The notes under the pieces are model-generated. The model was not told the DNA's origin, did no database searches, and was given only the letters and a program-made list of their open reading frames with translations. From Lachnospiraceae bacterium (GTDB lineage: Bacteria; Bacillota; Clostridia; Lachnospirales; Lachnospiraceae): a stretch of DNA of 64,000 nt. The position numbers and the translations under genes are program-made. Location of the stretch: assembly GCA_015056925.1 (NCBI GenBank), contig SVFJ01000006.1:3253-67252 (forward strand), written 5' to 3'. Shown piece by piece: positions 53,715-63,995 of the stretch; within the stretch, counting starts at the first letter, position 1, and each line of letters begins with the position of its first letter.

Positions 53715-53933
53715 ATTTTGTTCTCCCTAAGGGTTTTGATATACTATATGTTTTTATGGTAGTTGTGTTACAAAAAAATAAAAAATAAGTGCGTAAATTA
53801 TTGCGTTAATTTTCTTAAAAGACTTGAAAATAACTGAAAATATAGTAAAATATTATATATATGTAAACTAATTAAGTTGCAATATTATGTCAAACTATAA
53901 ATGTTGCGACAATAGAAGAAGGAATGGTCCTAT

Positions 53934-55106
53934 ATGGCACAGATGCAATGGAATGTGGATAGCAGACGCTATCGGAATCCTGAGGATTATCGGGCGGCGC
54001 TACAGGATAAGAAGCTGATTGATTCCATTACAGGCAACCTAAGGTTAGACAGTTTAGAGGATGTAGAGAGGCTTTATCAGGAACTGAATAAAGGAAAATA
54101 TCAATTTGAATCACAGCTGGGGCGACAGTTTGATGATGATATCTACGAGCAGTATATGTTGTTAAAGAAACAGGCTAAGGAGAAGAAGCAGTCGGCAGGT
54201 AAGAAACGGCAGGAAAAAGAACCTCCTAAGGCTGAAAAACAAAGACTGCGCATGGAAGAGCTGGATGAAGATATGCAAAAGGAAATTCGGCTGATTTACC
54301 GCAAGAGGGAGAGGAAACGACGGCTTTTGCGACGTCTTAGTATTGCCGTATGTCTGACCTGTGCGATTTATCTTGGCTGCTATTATAAGCAGGCAAAAGA
54401 TAGTGATAATGAGTTTGAGGCATTGGCGGCTTTAAAGGAAAGTACTGTCACACAGACAAGACCGAAGGCTGACATGCAGCCGGATGCAGTGGTTCACAGA
54501 GATGCAGCAAATGAAGAAATTGTTTATGAAGTTCTGGATGAATATAAAACTTTAATAAATAAGAACAAAAAGCTAATAGGATGGATAAAAATTGACGATA
54601 CATTAATTGACTACCCTGTTATGCAAACTGTGAATAATGAATATTATTTAAACCACAACTTCAATCAGGAGGAGGATAAGAACGGTTGCATATTTATGGA
54701 TTATCAATGTGATGTAGTGAAGGGCTGTGATAACTATATATTATATGGTCATCATATGCAGTCCGGAAAGATGTTTGGCACTCTGGATGATTATAGTGAT
54801 GAGAATTATTATAAGAAGCATCCGACGATACAGTTTGATACGATATATGAAAAGGGGACATATGAAATCATGTATGTATTTCGGTCGAAGGTATATTCAG
54901 AGGAAGACATTACATTTAAATATTATCAATTTATCAATGCTACCTCAGAGAAGGAGTTTAACTCCTATCTGAAAGAGATGGCAGATATGTCATTATACGA
55001 CACGGGAGTAACCGCTTCCTATGGTGACCAGCTGTTAACACTGTCTACATGTGATTATCAGGAGGAACAGGGAAGATTCGTGGTCGTGGCAAAAAGGGTG
55101 AATTAA
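53934..55106 (+). CDS. srtB: Class B sortase (second copy) with a long basic/coiled N-terminal cytoplasmic extension
   Basis: LIGWIKIDDTLIDYPVMQ, ILYGHHM, LTLSTCDY, GRFVVVAKRV. About 135 aa precede the TM segment. Confidence 0.8.
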   Translation: MAQMQWNVDSRRYRNPEDYRAALQDKKLIDSITGNLRLDSLEDVERLYQELNKGKYQFESQLGRQFDDDIYEQYMLLKKQAKEKKQSAGKKRQEKEPPKAEKQRLRMEELDEDMQKEIRLIYRKRERKRRLLRRLSIAVCLTCAIYLGCYYKQAKDSDNEFEALAALKESTVTQTRPKADMQPDAVVHRDAANEEIVYEVLDEYKTLINKNKKLIGWIKIDDTLIDYPVMQTVNNEYYLNHNFNQEEDKNGCIFMDYQCDVVKGCDNYILYGHHMQSGKMFGTLDDYSDENYYKKHPTIQFDTIYEKGTYEIMYVFRSKVYSEEDITFKYYQFINATSEKEFNSYLKEMADMSLYDTGVTASYGDQLLTLSTCDYQEEQGRFVVVAKRVN

Positions 55107-55142
55107 TATATAGAGGAAGAATCTTCAAAGTGTGGAAGGGGC

Positions 55143-58100
55143 ATGATGAGACAAATGGCAAAGAAGAGGAAACGAAGGAACAAAAAATTATTCAGAACTG
55201 TACGTAAGACAATCGCAGCAATCATTATGATTATGGCGGTTGTTGTTGCTGCGATTCCGGTGGAGAGATTCGGTGCAACAGAGGCGATGACAACATCGAG
55301 AGCAGATGGCATGATGGACTTGGCAACATTGTACACAGCATATGCCAATGCCAATACGCCAAACGAAGATGCTGAGGTGCTTGCAGATTATCCGGATGCA
55401 GCACAGGCTTCTTATGTGGCAGGAGATAGCAATTATGCAATTATTTATTCCTTAACAAACGGTAGTAATGGATTAGAGTATTCTGCGGATTACTATGTAA
55501 AGAGAACTGTACCGTTAGAGGCAAAGGAGGGTGTCATTATCGGCTATGCCGGTAATGGTAATCAGGAAGTTAATATTAAGGAGTCCATGTGTACAGAATA
55601 TTTTGTGATTACACAGGAATACATTGATGCTGTGAAGGCAGCATTGGCTAGTGAGGTATATGAGGTTAAGTTTCCGAATGCAGATGTAAATAATACGCTT
55701 GAGCAAAGAACTTATGATTTAAAAGTAGTGGATGCATCAGGAAATGAAAGAATAGAACAGGTGCAGGTGCCTTCACTGTTTGACCTTTCGGTAGCGAAGA
55801 TGAGTACTGCATTTACTACATTGAATAAAAAGAACGGTACGATTAGTGTTGCGGGAAAAACATATAGATATACTACAGGTGATGCGGATTTCTCGGCTGA
55901 GTATATATTGAAGACCAAGGATAGTGCCTATGGAACAAACTACGGTACACGAGTATCGGAAGTAAATGCTTATAATCAGGAATTAAATGCACTTCGTGCC
56001 AAGGTACAGCAGTATGAGAGTGGTTGTACAGAGGCACAGTTTGTTGACGTCGAGGATGCCATTGCCAGTCTTAATACAGACTATACAAATTTGCAGATAT
56101 TATCCATTCCGTTTACGGAGCTTGCGGAGAAGGATAATATAGATTTTATTAAGGATTGTATTGAAAAGCGATTCTGTATGTCTGATAACGAGAATTATTA
56201 TTTAGACGGATTTACCTTTGAGTCAGTTATTGACACAAGAGAGAATATTAATACATCAGATAAGGTTCGTTATGTACCAATCTGTAAGACATCGAATACA
56301 GAGTCATTGGCACTTCGTTACCTTGACGAAAACGGATATATCAGATTAGATTCTATTACAGTATATGGTATTGCCAATGAGGCATTTAAGGGAAATGATA
56401 TTCGTACAATCAGCTTATCCGGCAAAGTGAAGTTTATCGGAACCAGTGCTTTTGAGGGATGCAAGAACTTAAAGAGTGTAAACCTTGCTTTTTGTGAAAT
56501 GGTAGGTAATAAGGCGTTTAAGGATTGTAATTCACTTGATACAGTAAGTTTCCAGAGCTATGAGGATGGCTTGCAGTTTGCAGAGGCAGGTGTTCTTGGA
56601 GCAGAGGCATTCTATGGCTGTACCTCCTTGAAGCAGGTTACATTTGCTAACTCCATTAAGCAGATTGGAAGAGGCTGTTTTGCAGCATCCGGCTTGGAGA
56701 AGTTTAGCTTTAAGGCAGATACAACAAACCATATCTATATTTGGCCGTTTGCATTTTATAATTGTAGTAGCTTGCAGTCGGTTACAGCCAAAAATGGTTT
56801 CTTCCCAACTGATTTGAAGGGTGAAGTAACAATCGGTATGGCAGCCTTTGCCATGGCGGATGATGTAACAGGACTTTCTATGACAGAGTTCGAGTTCCCG
56901 GCTACCATGAAGGCATTTATAGAGAATCCAAATTATACCAATGATATGTTCAATTTGCAGGCGGTATTCCCGGCAGATAATGCTTACGGAGTAAAGCTTG
57001 GTACAACAGATATGATTGGTGAGATTTATTATGATTTTATTTTGGCAAACAGATATGACCTGCGTTCAGTTACATTCTCTGCTAATTTAGGAAAGAATGC
57101 GACTAGCGTAAAGGTACCTGATAACACCTTATTCCATTGCTGGAATCTGGAGAAGGTAGTCTTTGGTGAGGTTTCTTATAATGGTGCATGTAGCAATGTA
57201 ACCTTTGATGCCGGCGGAACAGGCGTCAGCACAGAGTATGATAAGGATGGCGATGGACAGTTTTTATTCCAGGATGTTCAGAATAAGAACTTTACGGTAT
57301 ACGGACCGGGCTTCTATGGTGCAGGCTCTACACAGGCATATCCAAGAGTGGCAACCAGTGTGTCACAGACTACGGTAAGTAATTATATTCCGTATGTTTA
57401 TTTGGATAGCCCTGATGATGATGCGTTGCCGCAGATTGAGTTGAGCTACGGACCAAACGGCGAGTTTGTTGCCACAATCAGTGTTATGGACGAAGGAGAA
57501 AAGACTGCGACATTAACACAGTTTAAGAGAATTGATGAAACCTCTAAGGCTCTGATTTCTCTGACAATTCCGACACAGGTTGGCGGCTACAATATTGCCA
57601 AGCTGGGAGAGGGATGCTTTGATGAAATTGTGGATTGTATCTATGAGTTAATCTTTGAGGATAATGCCTTGGTGGAGCTTGAGATTGCTGATGGTGTATT
57701 TGAAGGAGCCGAGCATCTGGCAAGAGTATATATAGGTAACAGTGTAAAGCAAATTGGTGTGAAGGCATTTGCTGACTGTACAAAGCTTGAGAATGTATAC
57801 TTTACCAATCCGATTCTGACAGATGACTGGTCTGAGGTAATCATGATTGATGATTCGGCGTTCAGAACAGGTTCTAAGTATTTAACCTTCCACGGTGAAA
57901 TCCATGACGGATATCGTCCTTTTGAACTGGCTATGTCAGAGGCAGGTACTAAGTTCAATACAGAAGAATTTAAGAATATTTGTTATAAGACGGATGCACC
58001 ATCGAATCTGACGGTTATCAGAGATAATGCGACAGGAGCTGCTACTTTAGTAGATTATCCTCATTTTGAGGAAATGGATATTATCAATGCAGATTTGGTA

Positions 58101-60881
58101 CTTGCATTGAGCAGTCAGACAGGCATTTCTGATTATAGTATCATTGACAAATTCATGGAGAAGCATGGTCTTGCAAGTACATCAAAGTACGCTGCATGGG
58201 AAATTACGCATGATGAAGGTGAAGTAACAATGAATACTCTTCTGGTTGATATTCCGGAAGGTGTGGATTCTATAGATGCGAAGACCTTCTTCTTAAATGA
58301 TGCGGGAACACATTCCAATAAGCCGAACTTTGATTATCTGAAGATTAGGTATAAAGAGACGGATATGGCACCGGAGCGTGTGACTCTGGATAGAGAGGTA
58401 AATGCCAGCCATAACTTAAATGATATCATTAAGTTATATTCAAATGATAATTATGCTTCTGTAAAGAAGAGTGCAGGACTTTTTAGCGGCGCATTCTATG
58501 AGAAGGGTGTTGCCATGATTGATACAGGTGTGTACTTTAGCTTTGAAGAAAGTCTTGGCTTTAACAATCAGCTATATAATGAGGATGCGATAGAAGGTAA
58601 TGATTTACTGACAGCGATAGACCTTGGTTCAGTGCAGAGCATTCCAGATTATGCATTTAACAGCTGTGAGAATCTTTTGAGTGTGAAGATTGGAGAGGAG
58701 CTTTCTACAATGGGTAAGACACCGTTTAGCGGCTGTACAAAGCTGACCGGTGTTGATGCCGAGAATAATCCGTACTTCCATTCAAGAAACGGTATCATTT
58801 ATCAGCTGACCAGTGACAGTGAGGTGTCAACTACATCGATTGTGGATAAGACACCACGTCCTGAGACCTATTATACAATTATTCAGTGTTTGGGAATTCG
58901 CGGAACAGAGGTGGCATTCCCGTCATCTGTTGCACCAAGCAATGACTATGAATTATCCGATGACTCAACGATTCCGGTAGGAGCAATTGCAGAGGAAGCA
59001 TTTGCATACTGTAAGGGCATTGAGAAGGTGGATTTAAGTGAAACTTATGTGAGCAGAATTCCTGACAATTGCTTTAGAGGCGCTGCAAACTTAAATGCGG
59101 TAATTCTTCCTTATGCTACCAATTATATCGGTGAAGGAGCTTTTGCAGAAACAAATGCAGATGTGTATATTATGAATCCGGACTGTGAAATCGACAATTC
59201 TTTCAGTAAGGATTATAAGGGTACCATTTACGGATATAAGTATAGTGATGGTAATAACACAGAGTATAGTACGGTATACGAATTCTATCAGGCAAATAAG
59301 AATACAATGAATATTCAGTTTGAAGAAATCGGACATATTCTTACCTTTGTGAGTGATAGTGATACGGGTAATACGGTGATTGAGACACAGAGCGTACAGA
59401 CAGGTGAGTCGGGCTCAAGACCAATTATCACTCCTACCAAGACAGGCTTCAAGTTTGTTGACTGGGCTTGGAGTTATAAGGATGAGACCGGTGCAACAGT
59501 CATTGTAAAGGGTGAGCAGGCATATCAGAATGTAAAAGAAAATCGTGAGATTTATGCAATCTTTGAGCCTGTTAACGGTGTGATATCAGACGGAACACAG
59601 TATACCTTGAAGATTAATAAGGGTACAGAATATGCATCAGGTACGAATAGTGTACTCTTATATGGTAATGACAAGGTAATGGTAGTTGCTGATGCTGCTG
59701 CGGCAGATGAAGTATTCCAGTATTGGTCAGCAACGGGAACGGATAAGGATGGCAATGCAGTGGATGTAAGTTCATGTATTTCAGATGTACATAATAAGAC
59801 TATGTATGTGACTATGCCAAATGCAAACGTAGAGCTTACTGCAAACTTTGCAAAGGTTATTACCGGTGATTCCGGCTCAGGAAACGGCTCGGGTTCCGGC
59901 TCCGGAAGTGGTTCAGGGTCAGGAGACGGCTCAGGAACGGGTACCGATACAACGAAGAAATATACATTAACTGTTAATTATGGTTCCGGTGGCGGTAGCT
60001 ACGAGGCAGGTAAGACTGTAACCATTACAGCCAACGATATGGGTAATTCCAGATTCTCTAAGTGGACAACCACAACAGGAGGAGTAGGCTTTGCAAATGC
60101 TTATTCTGCTTCAACCACCATTACTATGCCGGCTTCAGATGTAACGGTAACTGCCAACTTTAAGGCTGCTTCATCTTTGGAATTTGATGATGAGGATGAT
60201 GACGATGATGATGACAGTACTTCAAACAGAAGACCGGTAGGCGGTAGTGCAGGTACTAATTCGAATGTTACGGTAACAGATAAGAATACGGGTACAACAC
60301 AGGTAAACGGAGATATCATTTCTGTAAATAAGGATGATATTTCAAATAAGAATGTAGCTTCTACTAAGGTAGAGGGTGCAACAGATAACTTTGTAGTAAA
60401 GGTAACTGATACAGAGAATGCAAGAATACTTGCAGAGGCAGCATTAAGAGATGCTTACGGCAGTCTTGACGGTATTGTATATAGTCCGATGGATATTTCC
60501 TTATATGATGCCACAGGAAAGAATCCGATTCTGGATTCAGCAGGATTGAATGTAACGGTTACATTGCCGATTCCTGATGATATGATTCAGTATGGCGGTA
60601 ATGTCAGAGTGGCTGCTACGGATAATGGCAAGTTGGAGAATCTTTCCGTTAGATTTAAAACGATTGACAAAATTGCGTGTGTATCCTTTGTACCACCTCA
60701 TTTCTCACCGTATGTTATCTATGTCAATACGAACAATCTGGTGGCAGGAACAATTACGGATGCTACACCTGAGACAGGCGATTTTATCCATCCGAAGTGG
60801 TTCGTTGTAATCGGAATGGCTTGTCTGTCAATCTTCCTCTTCACGGCAGGAGACAGACGTAAGAAGATGAACTTTGCTTAA
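55143..60881 (+). CDS. Giant (1912 aa) sortase-anchored surface protein with BspA-type leucine-rich repeats and Listeria-Bacteroides repeats
   Basis: Basic N-terminus plus TM/signal. Many IGxxAFxxCxxL LRR units. GFKFVDWAW type repeats. GS-rich (about 59870-59950) and poly-Asp (about 60186-60215) linkers. C-terminal TPETG (60765-60779), then a hydrophobic segment and DRRKK. Confidence 0.85.
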   Translation: MMRQMAKKRKRRNKKLFRTVRKTIAAIIMIMAVVVAAIPVERFGATEAMTTSRADGMMDLATLYTAYANANTPNEDAEVLADYPDAAQASYVAGDSNYAIIYSLTNGSNGLEYSADYYVKRTVPLEAKEGVIIGYAGNGNQEVNIKESMCTEYFVITQEYIDAVKAALASEVYEVKFPNADVNNTLEQRTYDLKVVDASGNERIEQVQVPSLFDLSVAKMSTAFTTLNKKNGTISVAGKTYRYTTGDADFSAEYILKTKDSAYGTNYGTRVSEVNAYNQELNALRAKVQQYESGCTEAQFVDVEDAIASLNTDYTNLQILSIPFTELAEKDNIDFIKDCIEKRFCMSDNENYYLDGFTFESVIDTRENINTSDKVRYVPICKTSNTESLALRYLDENGYIRLDSITVYGIANEAFKGNDIRTISLSGKVKFIGTSAFEGCKNLKSVNLAFCEMVGNKAFKDCNSLDTVSFQSYEDGLQFAEAGVLGAEAFYGCTSLKQVTFANSIKQIGRGCFAASGLEKFSFKADTTNHIYIWPFAFYNCSSLQSVTAKNGFFPTDLKGEVTIGMAAFAMADDVTGLSMTEFEFPATMKAFIENPNYTNDMFNLQAVFPADNAYGVKLGTTDMIGEIYYDFILANRYDLRSVTFSANLGKNATSVKVPDNTLFHCWNLEKVVFGEVSYNGACSNVTFDAGGTGVSTEYDKDGDGQFLFQDVQNKNFTVYGPGFYGAGSTQAYPRVATSVSQTTVSNYIPYVYLDSPDDDALPQIELSYGPNGEFVATISVMDEGEKTATLTQFKRIDETSKALISLTIPTQVGGYNIAKLGEGCFDEIVDCIYELIFEDNALVELEIADGVFEGAEHLARVYIGNSVKQIGVKAFADCTKLENVYFTNPILTDDWSEVIMIDDSAFRTGSKYLTFHGEIHDGYRPFELAMSEAGTKFNTEEFKNICYKTDAPSNLTVIRDNATGAATLVDYPHFEEMDIINADLVLALSSQTGISDYSIIDKFMEKHGLASTSKYAAWEITHDEGEVTMNTLLVDIPEGVDSIDAKTFFLNDAGTHSNKPNFDYLKIRYKETDMAPERVTLDREVNASHNLNDIIKLYSNDNYASVKKSAGLFSGAFYEKGVAMIDTGVYFSFEESLGFNNQLYNEDAIEGNDLLTAIDLGSVQSIPDYAFNSCENLLSVKIGEELSTMGKTPFSGCTKLTGVDAENNPYFHSRNGIIYQLTSDSEVSTTSIVDKTPRPETYYTIIQCLGIRGTEVAFPSSVAPSNDYELSDDSTIPVGAIAEEAFAYCKGIEKVDLSETYVSRIPDNCFRGAANLNAVILPYATNYIGEGAFAETNADVYIMNPDCEIDNSFSKDYKGTIYGYKYSDGNNTEYSTVYEFYQANKNTMNIQFEEIGHILTFVSDSDTGNTVIETQSVQTGESGSRPIITPTKTGFKFVDWAWSYKDETGATVIVKGEQAYQNVKENREIYAIFEPVNGVISDGTQYTLKINKGTEYASGTNSVLLYGNDKVMVVADAAAADEVFQYWSATGTDKDGNAVDVSSCISDVHNKTMYVTMPNANVELTANFAKVITGDSGSGNGSGSGSGSGSGSGDGSGTGTDTTKKYTLTVNYGSGGGSYEAGKTVTITANDMGNSRFSKWTTTTGGVGFANAYSASTTITMPASDVTVTANFKAASSLEFDDEDDDDDDDSTSNRRPVGGSAGTNSNVTVTDKNTGTTQVNGDIISVNKDDISNKNVASTKVEGATDNFVVKVTDTENARILAEAALRDAYGSLDGIVYSPMDISLYDATGKNPILDSAGLNVTVTLPIPDDMIQYGGNVRVAATDNGKLENLSVRFKTIDKIACVSFVPPHFSPYVIYVNTNNLVAGTITDATPETGDFIHPKWFVVIGMACLSIFLFTAGDRRKKMNFA

Positions 60882-60903
60882 GACAGATAGAAGGAGCACT
60901 GAT

Positions 60904-62664
60904 ATGAAGAATAAAATGATTGCACTGGGTGCAGCACTTTTGTCAGGAATTCTGCTATTGATTGTGGCGATGGTGAATGTTGGACCAAGCGTTCTGGCAA
61001 AGGGAGATGAAGAATTTAGAATTAGCGGCAGTACATTGATGTCGTATTTGGGAGAGGACGAGTTTGTCAGCATTCCGGATACGGTAAAGGTAATCGGAGA
61101 AGGCGCTTTTGCAGGGAACACCACCCTGCAAAGCGTAGAGCTTCCGGATGGTATAGAGTCGATTCGGTATAATGCCTTTGGAGATTGTACTGCATTAGAG
61201 AGGATTACGATACCTGATAGTGTGACAAAGGTTTCTCCCGGCGCTTTCAAGGGCTGTACAGCTTTGGAAAGTGTAGAGATTGGAGAGAATGTCAGTTCAT
61301 GGGGTTCCGGTGTATTTAACGGCTGTAGTTCATTGAGCGAGCTTTTTGTAGATGAGGATAATATGTATCTTACCTATTATAATGGCGCGCTCTACAATGG
61401 TGATATGTCCATGCTGTATCAGGTGCTTGGCGGCAGAGAGGGTGAGAATTATGTGATGCCTTCCGAGGTTCGGGAGATGGATGCCTACGCATTATGGGAT
61501 TTGCAGAATACGAAGAATGTTATGGTGTCTGATTCTGTAACTTCGATACCAAGCTATAGTATGAGCAGTATGGGAAGCGTGGAGAATGTGATTTTACCGG
61601 AGTCTGTAACAGAGATTGCGGAAAGAGCATTTGCCAATAATGATTCCTTGAAGCAGGTTATGATACCGGATACCGTGAAGAAGATTCATGATAAGGCATT
61701 TGCTAACAGCTCTAATGTTAAGCTGCTTGTAAACGAAGGCAGTGAGGCAGAGAGCTTTGGTGAAAAGAACAGCATTCCGTTAATCTATGAAGCGGAGTAT
61801 CCGACTGATTTTGTGAATAGCAATGACAGAATGGAAGTGAAGCCAAGCTTTGATGTCTCAGACAGCAAAGATGGGGATGATGAAGAGGAAGGTGCAAAAG
61901 AGGATGAAGCTGATGTACAGATTTATTATCCGGGCATTTCTGATGTAGATAATGATTTAATCGGTTCAACAATTATTGTGGGAGGTAAGGCTGTTGTTCT
62001 GACAAACAATACCAAGCAGAAGGTGTATGGAACACCGGCAGTATTGGAAGAGGAAACACAGGAAGAGCTTGAAACAGAAGAAGAGCTTGAGCTTTTGGAG
62101 AAGGAAATTATTAAGGCAAAGCAGTTCTATCGACAGGAGCAGTTAAAAGAATATGAGATTAGCAATTCGGTAACGTATATCGGAACACTTGCTTTCTCAC
62201 GAAGCGGTTTGCAGGAGATTGTGATTCCAAGGAGTGTTAAGACCATTGAGTACGGTGCTTTCTATGGATGTCTTGATTTGGCAGAGGTTGAGATACCAAG
62301 GTCAGTAACAGCAATTGGCAGTAAGGCATTCGAAGGAACAAAGTGGTTAAATGACTGGTTTATGGCAGGAGAGGAAGAATTCCTTGTAGTGGGCGACGGT
62401 ATTTTGATTGCATATAACGGTGATTCCGAGAGTGTGGAAGTACCAAACGGTGTGAAGCAGATTGGTCCTGATGTATTTAAGGACCATACAGAGATTAGGG
62501 CGATTACGATTCCAAAGAGTGTAACCGCTATTGGCGCAAATGCTTTCTATGATTGTAAGGGATTATCGGAAGTAAAGGGCTGTGAAGGATTAGAATCCAT
62601 TACAAAGGGAGCCTTCAATGGCACACAGATATCGGAAGCTGACTTTATGGACTATTGGAGATGA
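60904..62664 (+). CDS. BspA-type leucine-rich-repeat protein with N-terminal membrane anchor/signal and no sorting motif
   Basis: AAGGAG precedes ATG 60904. Repeated IP.SV..I...AF..C..L units flank an acidic linker. Confidence 0.8.
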   Translation: MKNKMIALGAALLSGILLLIVAMVNVGPSVLAKGDEEFRISGSTLMSYLGEDEFVSIPDTVKVIGEGAFAGNTTLQSVELPDGIESIRYNAFGDCTALERITIPDSVTKVSPGAFKGCTALESVEIGENVSSWGSGVFNGCSSLSELFVDEDNMYLTYYNGALYNGDMSMLYQVLGGREGENYVMPSEVREMDAYALWDLQNTKNVMVSDSVTSIPSYSMSSMGSVENVILPESVTEIAERAFANNDSLKQVMIPDTVKKIHDKAFANSSNVKLLVNEGSEAESFGEKNSIPLIYEAEYPTDFVNSNDRMEVKPSFDVSDSKDGDDEEEGAKEDEADVQIYYPGISDVDNDLIGSTIIVGGKAVVLTNNTKQKVYGTPAVLEEETQEELETEEELELLEKEIIKAKQFYRQEQLKEYEISNSVTYIGTLAFSRSGLQEIVIPRSVKTIEYGAFYGCLDLAEVEIPRSVTAIGSKAFEGTKWLNDWFMAGEEEFLVVGDGILIAYNGDSESVEVPNGVKQIGPDVFKDHTEIRAITIPKSVTAIGANAFYDCKGLSEVKGCEGLESITKGAFNGTQISEADFMDYWR

Positions 62665-62669
62665 GATTC

Positions 62670-63995
62670 ATGATGAGTAAGATTTTTTGGGGAATGGTAG
62701 CGACTTGTACGCTTGCCTTTGGTATTTTGCTTGCGGTACATTTGACAGACACCGGGGTACTGGATTTTTCTAAGAAAGAGAATATGGAGACCTTGGATTC
62801 TTCCATGGAAGAATCCGTAGAAGAATCCATGGAGGTGTCGGATGGCGTCTATGAACTGATTGATGCAACTGATGCTAAGTATGATGGTGCGATGCAGGCT
62901 TTGCAGGCTGGCGAGGAAATTCCTGTCGTAAGAGATTATACCAAGAAGGAATCTGTATCCTATCGCCCGGTATATAAGGAAGATGAAGTGGCATCTGATA
63001 GAAATGACGGTAAGGACCATTTTATGGATGACCCGTCAGAGAGCTTAGAGGTTCCTGAAACCTGGCCGCAGGAAAAGTCAAATGACGAATACAAGTATCA
63101 GTTATATAAGGATTATGTCGAGATTACCGAGTACCTTGGAAATAAGTCAGACCTTGTAGTTGCGGAAGACCTGGATGGAAAGCCGGTGACACATATCGGA
63201 GAGTCTGCATTTTCGGACTGTGAGAAGCTGGTAAGGGTTAATTTGCCTGATAGTATTGTTTCCATAGGTGAGAATGCGTTTAATGGCAATGAAGAGCTGG
63301 TGGACGTGTCGATGCCGGAGGATTTAACAGAGCTTGGACTGGGCGCTTTTGATGGCTGTACACATTTGGCAAAGATAGATATTCCGTCAGGGGTAGCTGA
63401 ACTTAAGGATAATACCTTTAATGAGTGTGAATCACTGATGAAGGTAACCGGTGGTGAGGGAGTTACCAAGATAGGTACTGCTACATTTAACGGCTGTACG
63501 GATTTACAGGAGATTACACTGTATAATGGCATCGAGTCGATAGGTGAGCAGGCATTTATGGAGTGTACGTCTCTTACAAAGATAAAGCTTCCGAGTACAT
63601 TGATGACTATCGGAACGGAAGCGTTCTCAGGATGTACGGCATTGGAGGCTGTTACGATACCCAAGAATGTGGAAACAGTGGAGGAAAATACTTTTTTGGG
63701 TTGTAGTTCCTTACAGGAGCTTACCATTAAGAAAGGAGTCACTGTAATTGGTACGGGTGCCTTTATGGATTGTATTGCTTTACAGGAAGTGACATTTCCT
63801 AGTACAATAGTAAGTATAGGAACTGATGCATTTAGTAATTGCCAGAATCTTGCTGATATTTCTATTGGTAAGAAGGTTAAGAGTGTAAAGGCCGGAGCAT
63901 TTGCCGGTACCTTGGTGAAAGCTGTTACGATTAGCAGTTCATGCTCAGTAAAGCAGGATTCCTTCCCTGCGGATTGTACGATTTCCTACTATTAA
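62670..63995 (+). CDS. BspA-type leucine-rich-repeat protein with N-terminal membrane anchor/signal
   Basis: The start is probably ATG 62670 or 62673 after GGAG. About 10 LRR units of roughly 23 aa (FNGCTDLQEITLYNGIESIGEQAF...). Confidence 0.8.
   Translation: MMSKIFWGMVATCTLAFGILLAVHLTDTGVLDFSKKENMETLDSSMEESVEESMEVSDGVYELIDATDAKYDGAMQALQAGEEIPVVRDYTKKESVSYRPVYKEDEVASDRNDGKDHFMDDPSESLEVPETWPQEKSNDEYKYQLYKDYVEITEYLGNKSDLVVAEDLDGKPVTHIGESAFSDCEKLVRVNLPDSIVSIGENAFNGNEELVDVSMPEDLTELGLGAFDGCTHLAKIDIPSGVAELKDNTFNECESLMKVTGGEGVTKIGTATFNGCTDLQEITLYNGIESIGEQAFMECTSLTKIKLPSTLMTIGTEAFSGCTALEAVTIPKNVETVEENTFLGCSSLQELTIKKGVTVIGTGAFMDCIALQEVTFPSTIVSIGTDAFSNCQNLADISIGKKVKSVKAGAFAGTLVKAVTISSSCSVKQDSFPADCTISYY

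Noticed and set aside
53318-53730. Alternative ORFs 53318-53665 (-) and 53461-53730 (+) overlapping the Cys/Asn-rich gene
   Set aside because: Neither has an RBS. Only the 53445-53714 minus frame has GGGAGA at proper spacing and a duplicated hydrophobic-segment architecture.
60828-63742. 140-aa, 122-aa and 209-aa minus-strand ORFs in the LRR genes
   Set aside because: They are antisense to strongly periodic LRR coding sequence on the plus strand. They have no RBS and Ser/Thr/Pro-rich nonsense composition.
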